Assembly (NCBI GenBank): GCA_009914755.4
Contig: CP068257.2
Span: 41,344,001 to 41,408,000, forward strand
Reading direction: 5' to 3'
From: the human T2T-CHM13v2.0 reference genome, Homo sapiens
Length of the DNA: 64,000 bases
Part shown: positions 53,475 to 64,000 of the stretch, one piece after another
Layout: each line of letters begins with the position of its first letter
Numbering within the stretch: the first letter of the stretch is position 1
Translations under genes and position numbers: made by a program
The notes under the pieces: generated by a model
Told to the model about the DNA's origin: nothing
Databases searched by the model: none
What the model saw: the letters and a program-made list of their open reading frames with translations, nothing else

Positions 53475-54535
53475 TAAGGCTTTTTATACATGCTGGCAGA
53501 TTGCCTTACACAAATACTGTGTCCACTTAGGCTTTATTGCTTTTATTTTTTTTTTTTAAGAGAAACATAAACAGTTTTCCTAATATGTTGTACCATTTAA
53601 AGGCAGCAGAATAGAAGTCATCTTATTGCAAAAACAAGACATTGGAGGGAAGAGAGCGCAGGGCTGGAGGATGTGAGAGGCGTCCTGTGCGGGTGGGCGT
53701 TCATGGCTGGCCCCCAGTCTGTCTGGACAGTGGGGATGGCCCCGCTCCCATGAGGTCTCCCCGCCCCCGCTGCCCCAAGCTGCTTCCTCAAGGGGCAGAA
53801 GCATGGCCAAATCCACCGCGGGAGAAATGGCCCGTCCTGGTCCTGAGGAAGCTGAGGTCAGGACAGTCTAATCTGCTGCTCATGGATAACTAGAAGTTTA
53901 CTTTCACGAAATTTTGTTTTTGTAAACTGATTTTTTTTAACGATTTAAATGTTTTTTACCTAAATGACAAAGGCATTGCTTGTTTAAAGCAGTTTAAATG
54001 ATAGTATCTTTTAAGGCTTTAAGTAAACACAGCTGGCCTTTTCCTTTCTGAATGCAGTGACATTTTTATGGCTATGTATTGCTGAGGTTTGAGGGTAGAT
54101 ATGGGAGAAGTTCAACCTTGTCCCAAATATGTAGCGTATGGGTTAGGTTGTGTCTGTGACATGGTAAGAAGACCTTGGACTATTTGTCTATGCTTCTCTG
54201 ACTGTAGTATTGCTACACGTGAGGAGATATAGCAATAGACGGAGGAGTAGATTGCACGTGTGCCGTTCTCTTCATTAGGCCATCGCCAGTGTTATTTTAA
54301 AATCATGAGCATTTCACAGACATTGGTTATCTCAGTTCTTAAGCAGTTTGGAAATTTTACCTTTATTTTAAAGCACATTAAATTCAAAGCTGTTTTGTTG
54401 GTAGCATTCTTTACATATGATTGCAGTCATACTGCTGTCTGGCAATTCCCCACTCCAACTGCATTCCTGTTGGAGCATGGAATACCTCGTAGTAGTTTGT
54501 GTTTGCTAATAAGAATTATCTTCCTCCTTTTACAG

Positions 54536-54663
54536 ATGCAAGTAGTAACAGAGTTAAAGACAGAACAAGATCCAAACTGCTCTGAACCCGATGCAGAAGG
54601 AGTGAGCCCTCCCCCTGTGGAGTCTCAGACCCCGATGGATGTGGACAAGCAGGCCATTTATAG
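54536..54663 (+). CDS. PKNOX1: PKNOX1 coding exon: [42 protein letters not shown](R); phase 0 start, ends with 2 nt of an Arg codon
   Basis: Acceptor TTTTACAG|ATGCAAG and donor TTTATAG|GTAGTG. The reading frame is continuous with the flanking exons. Confidence 0.9.
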
Positions 54664-54813
54664 GTAGTGCCCGGGGTGCCGGCTGTGGGGGCCTCAGAGG
54701 AGTGAGGAGTGTCCACAAGTTTGTTAAAAGGAACACCAGAACTAGTAGCGAGGCAGAGTTGTGAGGTGCCATTATGATGTGATAACTGCTCGGCTGAAAA
54801 TTTTCTCAGATTA

Positions 54814-55108
<295 letters not shown>

Positions 55109-55152
<44 letters not shown>
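55109..55152. repeat. (CA)n microsatellite, about 22 units
   Basis: CACACACACA... Confidence 0.9.
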
Positions 55153-55154
<2 letters not shown>

Positions 55155-55537
55155 GATGTTATTTCTAATACCTATAAAAGTTTTAGAATATCAATCTATA
55201 AATTTTGTGTAACCTTGCAAAAAGAAATATTCAGGCACAGATGATTTTACTGAGAATTCTACCCAACATATAAAGAAGAAGAGAGCAGCAAGTCTGCATA
55301 GTCTCTTTCAGGAAGTAGAGGAGGAGTGAATGCTTCCCAACTCACTTTATAATTGACATCACTCTGACACTAAGACCAAAGACAATACCAAATAAGGAAA
55401 ATACAGGCCAATATCCTTCATGAACTTAGATGTAAAAATCATCAATAAAATATTAACAAATCAATTCTAGCAATATGTGAAAAGAATAATACGTAGCGAC
55501 CAAGTCAAGTTTTTCCTGGGAATGTCAGACTTGTTTA

Positions 55538-57095
<1,558 letters not shown>

Positions 57096-57112
57096 TTTTC
57101 TTTTCTCCTCAG

Positions 57113-57284
57113 GCATCCACTATTTCCATTATTAGCTTTGTTGTTTGAAAAATGTGAACAATCTACACAGGGCTCTGAAGGCACAACTTCTGCCAGTTTT
57201 GATGTAGACATCGAAAATTTTGTAAGAAAGCAAGAGAAGGAAGGGAAACCTTTCTTTTGTGAAGATCCAGAAACCGATAATTTA
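57113..57284 (+). CDS. PKNOX1: PKNOX1 coding exon (MEIS-homology HR1): (R)[57 protein letters not shown]; phase 2 start
   Basis: Acceptor TTTTCTCCTCAG|GCATCC and donor AATTTA|GTAAGT. The [15 protein letters not shown] motif is diagnostic of MEIS/PREP proteins, and the remaining residues match PKNOX1 rather than PKNOX2 or MEIS1-3. Confidence 0.9.
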
Positions 57285-57630
57285 GTAAGTAAAATAAATT
57301 TTATTTTTAGTTTTCAAAATGTGAAATCTGTTCATGAAATTTTAGGCTTCTAAGTAGAACTTTAGACTGCTTGTAGTTCTGCTAAAGGAGAGACTCATAC
57401 AACTCTAAAAGAATTTTTATGGTGTGTGTAATGTGGATATCCCCAAGTCTTCCAGCCTTCTCTAGGTATCTTTTATTTATTTAGTTTTTATTTTTAGATT
57501 TATTTTATTTTTGTAGACACATCTTACTGTATTCCCCCAGATGGTCTCAAACTCCTGGCCTCAAGCAATCTTCCCTCCTCAGTCTCTCAAGGCCCAACCT
57601 ACCCTTTCCTTTAAAAATAAAATAAAATAG

Positions 57631-57958
<328 letters not shown>

Positions 57959-58015
57959 TTTGAGCCTCCATGCCAAATGGACACGGGGATTCAGTTCTCT
58001 GCACAGTGTTTGTAA

Positions 58016-58427
<412 letters not shown>

Positions 58428-59337
58428 ACAGCTCTGTCTTGAGGCTGACAGTGATTTGTGATGCCCTCCCCCCAGGGCCAGGGCTCCAAAATCCAGTGTT
58501 TTCTGTGCCCTCCAGAGGCAATGGAGAACATCTTGGTTCCGTCATCACTGGATTGCTCTGAATGAGCTGCACCTGAGGCACCTGTACAGCACTGTCAGCT
58601 TTGGGCAGACCACACTCTCTGGGTGTGCTCTCCTGCCAGAGTGTAACCACGTGTTTACTTCTCAGAGCTGGATACACAAAGATCCGGCATCAGGGAACCT
58701 TCACTGGATTCCCTTCGAGCCATCTTGGTCCCATATCAAAACCCTGGTTAGGGCCTTCAACAGAAAAGGTTTTTGGAAAACTCATTTTTCCTGAATAAAT
58801 TGCTGAGGTCTTAGTTTTTAAGAAAATTCTCATTATATACTCGATGCTTACCATGAAACAGATTTTGTGGGTGAGTTATCTGACTTGAATCTGTCTCCTC
58901 CTCTCTGAGATGAGACTAACAGTGCATGCTCTTTGGGTGAGGATCCGATGCTCTCTCCACCCCTGAGTCTGTGGTCCACATCCATCTTCCCATTGGCCCA
59001 CACCTGGCTTGGCCCAGTGAGTAGAGCACAGGTGTCCTCTGCACCCCACTAGGCTGGCAGGGACCAAGGTTCTCTTGACTGGTGAGTGTTTAGCACAGGG
59101 CCTAGCAGAGTTTGACACTCCATCATTTTTGTTACTGAGTGATTCATTTATTCACTGCATAGATACCTACGAATTCCTACCACCAGATTTACAGGTGAAG
59201 GAGATGGGCTTCGGAGCTGCTGATTCATAGGCAGCTGGTGCTTATGAAAATGGCTGCATTATTGGTATTAGTTATCTATTGCTGTGGGACAAATTACCCC
59301 AAAATGTAGTTACTTAATATAAAACTATACAACTTTG

Positions 59338-59645
59338 GCCAGGCGTGGTGGCTCACGCCTGTAATCCCAGCACTTTGGGAGGCTGAGGCAGGTGGATCAC
59401 CTGAGGTCAGGAGTTCGTGAACAGCCTGACCAACATGGTGAAACCCCATCTCTACTAAAAATACAAAAATTAGCTGGGCATGGTGGTGCACACCTGTAAT
59501 CCCAGCTACTCAGGAGGCTGAGGCAGGAGAATCACTTGAACCCAGAAGGCAGAGGTTGTAGTGAGCTGAGATCGCACCACTGCACTTCAGCCTCCAGCTT
59601 GGGCAATAAGAGTGAAACTCTGTCTCAAAAAACAAAACAAAACAA
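59338..59645 (+). mobile_element. Alu
   Basis: GGCCAGGCGTGGTGGCTCACGCCTGTAATCCCAGCACTTTGGGAGGCTGAGGCAGGTGGATCACCTGAGGTCAGGAGTTCGTGAACAGCC... Confidence 0.85.
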
Positions 59646-60126
59646 AATGATATAACTTTTAGAAAAATCGCAAGAGAAAATCTTGAGGATCTAGAACTAG
59701 GCAAAGACACCAAAATGGAACTTTATGAAAATGTAGCACTAGCCTAGGGTGAGTGTGGATGTATCACTATTTGTGGATGTAGAAACAGGAGTAGATGAGG
59801 GTGAGTCACTTGTCCTGCCTGCCACAGAGCGAATCAGTGGAAGGGCTAGGCTTTGGCTCACAGCCCACACACCTAGCACTGGGATGCACCGAGGTCACCA
59901 CCACGCGCCTTTGTCTTCCCTGCACACCAGATGCAGCCAAACACCAAAGCCCAGGTCAGTGGCACCGGAACAACACATCAGTTTAGAGGATTTCTGATGT
60001 TATTCCACTTTGGTTATTGGCAGTAGAGATGGTTCTATCTAATGACTAAGAACTGGTATGTAGGATCATGATAACTTACAATAATGCCACCTTTTTCTCT
60101 GAAAGTCTTCATTTTCTCTGCTCTAG

Positions 60127-60297
60127 ATGGTAAAAGCAATCCAGGTTTTGCGCATTCATCTTCTTGAGCTGGAAAAGGTTAACGAACTCTGCAAAGATTT
60201 CTGCAGTCGATACATTGCTTGTCTGAAAACAAAAATGAACAGTGAAACTCTGTTGAGTGGAGAGCCTGGAAGCCCGTACTCACCAGTGCAGTCCCAG
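60127..60297 (+). CDS. PKNOX1: PKNOX1 coding exon (HR2): [57 protein letters not shown]; phase 0
   Basis: Acceptor CTCTGCTCTAG|ATGGTA and donor CCCAG|GTACTT. It is in frame with the neighbouring exons. Confidence 0.9.
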
Positions 60298-60539
60298 GTA
60301 CTTACATTTGGGGGTCTCGCTTTCCCTCTCTGCCACTGTGAACATCTGCATTGAGTCATGAGACCACCAGCTCTTTCAGAATTCACTGGGTCATCTTTAT
60401 GACTTTCTACAAGAAGGACCCTCTAGGTCTCTGACCCCAGCCTGGTTTGGGAATGAACTCCCTCAGATTATGAAGTGAGTCCTCAATCTGCATACTGGGC
60501 CCCCGGTCCCATGTTTATGGAAGGCACAATTCCATTCAT

Positions 60540-63130
60540 TTCTTTCTTTTATTTCTTCTGAAAATATTTTACTTATTCTTTTGAAAAATTGTGTAAAATA
60601 CACATAATATAAAATTTACCATCTTAGCTGTTTTAAAATTTACAGTTCAATGGTGTTAAGTTTATTCACATTGTTGGGCAACCATCAACACCATCCATCT
60701 CCAGAACTTTCTCATCTTCTCAAACTCAAACTCTGACCCCATTAAACACTCATTCCGGATTCCCCCTCCCCTAGCCCCTGGAACCCACCGTTCTACTGTC
60801 TGTCTCTGTGAATTCGATGACTCCAGGTCTCTCATGTTAAGCGGAATCGTACAGTGTTTGTCCTTCTGGATCCTTTGCTTGTTTCATTGTGCAGAATGCC
60901 TGGAGGGTTCATCCATGCGGAAGCACTATTGTGTTTTAGCCATTCTGATGATATGTAGTGATATTAATATTTCTTTGTGGTTTTAATTTTCATTTCCCTG
61001 ATGGCTAATAATGTTGAACATTATTATACCCTCTGTGTATTTTCTTTGATAAAATGTCTGCTGCTTATGTCTTTTGCCTTTTTTTTTTTTTTTTTTTTGA
61101 GACAGAGTCTCACTCCATCACCCAGGCTGGAGTGCAGTGGCGCGATCTCGGCTTACTGCAAACTCCGCCTCCTGGGTTCATGCCATTCTCCTGCCTCACC
61201 CTCCTGAGTAGCTGGGACTACAGGTGCCTGCCACCACACCCGGCTAATTTTTTGTATTTTTAGTAGAGACGGGGTTTCACCGTATTAGCCAGGATGGTCT
61301 CGATCTCCTGACCTCGTGATCCGCCCGCCTTGGCCTCCCAAAGTGCTGGGATTACAAGCATGAGCTACCACGCCTGGCCGTCTTTTGCGCATTTTTTAGT
61401 TGGATTTTTTTTTAACTTCTGAGTGTTGAGAGTTCTTTGCTTATTGTAGATACTAGTTCTCTGTTGGATATGTGGTTTGCAAGTGTTTTCTCCAAGTCTA
61501 TAGTAGCTAAGTATTTTTCTCATCCTCTTAACAGGTCTTTTTCAGAGCCAGCCTTTTTAATTTTAATAAAGTTCAATTTATTAGGTTTTCCTTTTATGGA
61601 TCATTCTTTTGGTGTCAAGTCTAAGAACTCTTTGCCTAACCCTAGGTCCCAAAGACTTCGTCTTAAGTTTTTTCCTAAAAGTTTTTAAATAGAGACAAGG
61701 TCTCACTATGTTGCCCAGGCTTGTCCCAAACTCCTGGGCTCAAGTGTGAACCACCATGCCTGGCCTCAAAAGTTTTATAGTTGTACATTTTGCATTTAAA
61801 TCCGTGATCCATTTTGAGTGGATTTCTCTATAGAATAACTCTCAAAGCTGGGCACATTGTTTCCTCCCACCCTGTGATTCCTTTTCAAAATTGTTTAGCT
61901 GTTCTGGTTCCTTTGCCTGTCCACATAAATTTTAGAATGCTCTTGTGTAGAGCTACAAAAACATCTTGCTTAGATTTTGATAGGAATTGTATTATACCTG
62001 TATATCAATCTGGGGAGAATTGACATCTTTACTGCATTAAGTCTTCCAGTCCACAGGTATGGCATGTCTCTCCATTGATTGACAACTCTGATTTCATTCA
62101 TCAGTGCTTTGTAGTTTTTGACACATAAGTTGTGTACATGCGTTTTTAGAATTATACCCAAGCATTTCCTTTCCTGGCCTGTGCCATCTCGAATAAGAGT
62201 GGCAAGAGCAGACATCCTTGCCTTGTCACCGCCTTAGGGGACACCTTTCAGTCGCTCACTGTCGATGATGTTGGTTGCAGGTTTCTTTCTAGATGCTCTT
62301 TATCAAGTTAAGGAGGTTATCCTATATTGCTTTTTTTCTGAGAGATTTTATTTTGTTCAATTTTGTTAAATGCTTTTCCAGCATTGATTGATATGATTAT
62401 GTGATTTTTCTTCTTTAGCCTGTTAATAATGGACATTACATGGATTGGTTTTTTGAATATTGAACAAGCCTTCTATTCCTGGAATAAACTCCACTTGGCC
62501 ATGGCACATAATTCTTTTCATATGTATTCTTGAATTCTATTGGCTAATATTTTGTTCAGCATTTTTGTCTATATTTGTAAGGGATATTGGTGTATAGTTT
62601 TGTTTTTCATACTGTCTTTGGTTTTGGTATCAAAATACACAAACTTACATAAAATGGATTGGGAAGTATTCCCTCCTCTTATTTTTTTCTGGAGATTATG
62701 TAGACTTGGTGTTATTTCTTAAATGTTTGAGAAATAGAATTGATCTATTTCACCTAAGATGTTAAATTTAGGAGTTTAGAGTTGGTCTAGTATTCTCTTC
62801 ATAGCCTTTTGGTGTTAGCAGGGTCTATAGTGATCTCTTCCTGTTTTATTTCTGATATTGATCTTTTGTGTCTCTATTTTTTTTTTAGTCAGTCTTTCTA
62901 GAGGTTTATGTAATTTTCAAAGAACAGTATTTTGTTTTATTGATTTTTTTGGTTGTTTTTCTGTTTTCAGTTTCATTGATTTCACCTTGATCTTTATTAT
63001 TTCCTTTCTTCTGCTTTCGGTTCATGATGTTCCTCTTTTTCTAAGATCTTAAGGTGGAAGCTGGGATGATTGATTTGACTAGCTTAACTTTTATTACAGC
63101 CTAATTAATGTGGCAGGCTTTAAGCGTAGC
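60540..63130 (-). mobile_element. L1 (LINE-1) fragment, antisense: ORF2 3' half plus 3' UTR, old L1M/L1P-type; interrupted by Alu 61077-61380 and Alu fragment 61690-61770
   Basis: The 3'-end antisense motif at 60580-60800 is AAAATACACATAATATAAAATTTACCATCTTAGCTGTTTTAAAATTTACAGTTCAATGGTGTTAAGTTTATTCACATTGTTGGGCAACCATCAACACCATCCATCTCCAGAACTTTCTCATCTTCTCAAACTCAAACTCTGACCCCATTAAACA. The minus-strand ORF at 61970-62215 encodes …WRDMPYLWTGRLNAVKMSILPRLIYRYNTIPIKI, which is the conserved L1 ORF2 segment …[34 protein letters not shown]. Confidence 0.8.
61077..61380 (-). mobile_element. Alu inside the L1; TSD TGTCTTTTGC
   Basis: GAGACAGAGTCTCACTCCATCACCCAGGCTGGAGTGCAGTGGCGCGATCTCGGCTTACTGCAAACTCCGCCTCCTGGGTTCATGCCATTCTCC... 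Confidence 0.85.
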
Positions 63131-63966
63131 CACTAAGCTTACACATTCCGCTCGATGATGGCCCACAGAATCACCGCCTTGGGGTGGCGTCCCCTTATGC
63201 TATGTAACTGCTCACATGTCAGGGCACATGAGTGTGCCAGGCCCGGCACTGGAGGCTCCTCTCCCCTGCCAGCTGCCCACCCAGGCGTCACAGTCAGTGG
63301 ATAAAGTGGCCCATGTGGATCTAACCCCAGATGCATAGAGTCCTCCATGGGGCATGTAGAAACATTTGCATGGGGCTCGCTGTAGGCCGGGCACAGTTCC
63401 AAGCACTGTACAAGCAAGAACACTGGGGAAAGCCAAGATCACACTTAGTCCGTGCCGGGGTCAAGAGTCAAGGTGGGTGCCAGGGGCTGACTCCCCAGCA
63501 CAGCTTGGAATACCTCAGCCCTGGTCACTTCTAGTGCCTCCCAGGCCTGTGCTATAATCTCTTGAATGCTCTTATCGGTCAGGGAGAGCTTGGTTCATGG
63601 AAAACTCAAGAGTCCACCAAGCCAAGTCTAATGAAAAAGATGTGTGATCAGAAAGCAGGGTCTTCCTCGATATACTCCTGGGCTGTAAGGCACGTGGAAT
63701 ATGGCAGTGAGATGAAGATAATCTTTTGGAAGCCACAGTGCAGGCTGACGTTGCAGGCTGGCTTGTTGTGTTTAATACACAGTTGAACATCTCTTGCTTT
63801 CCGTGTGTGCTGCGTGCATTCTGAAGCCGCGTCATCTGAGGATGTTCTTTCCCTCAAGCTTCTCTTTCCTTTTTTAATGGTGTCATTATGCTACTTATGT
63901 TAAAGTTTTAAACATGGGTTTTCCGTTTTCTAGTAATTCCTTCAACATGTGTGTTCTGACTTGCAG

Positions 63967-64000
63967 CAGATTCAAAGTGCCATCACAGGCACCATCAGCC
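63967..64000 (+). CDS. PKNOX1: PKNOX1 coding exon start: [12 protein letters not shown]…, continues beyond the window
   Basis: Acceptor TTCTGACTTGCAG|CAGATT. The frame continues from exon 60127-60297 and matches PKNOX1 residues that follow …PVQSQ. Confidence 0.8.

Overview
This window is human (primate) genomic DNA, not a prokaryotic or accessory-element region. It matches the 5' half of PKNOX1 (PREP1, a TALE-class homeobox gene) on the + strand. It is laid out as follows. (1) About 19 kb of Alu-saturated intergenic sequence, with an ERV class-I integrase remnant at the left edge and three LTR12-like (HERV9 LTR) copies. (2) A roughly 1.8 kb TATA-less CpG island at ~18.8-20.65 kb containing a non-coding first exon whose donor is at 19547/19548. 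(3) A ~32 kb first intron packed with Alus, a Tigger1 DNA transposon, L1 fragments, a full-length THE1-type MaLR element nested inside an Alu, and two minisatellites. (4) Exon 2 at 51370-51476 with the start codon at 51426, followed by coding exons at 54536-54663, 57113-57284, 60127-60297 and the start of the next exon at 63967 to the window end. The spliced product reads [186 protein letters not shown], which I recognise from memory as PKNOX1; a protein database comparison was not possible here. About 90 Alu copies or fragments cover roughly 40% of the window. Nearly all long ORFs in the supplied six-frame track are translations of Alu, L1, MaLR, microsatellite or CpG-island GC-rich sequence and are not genes. 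I see no CRISPR array, operon or other sign of a novel biological system. The interesting content is structural: nested transposon insertions with intact target-site duplications, an inverted LTR12 pair, Alu-tail-derived microsatellites, VNTRs, and the layout of the PKNOX1 5' UTR and its upstream ORFs. All coordinates for repeats are approximate (about 10 bp), obtained by eye against remembered consensus sequences.
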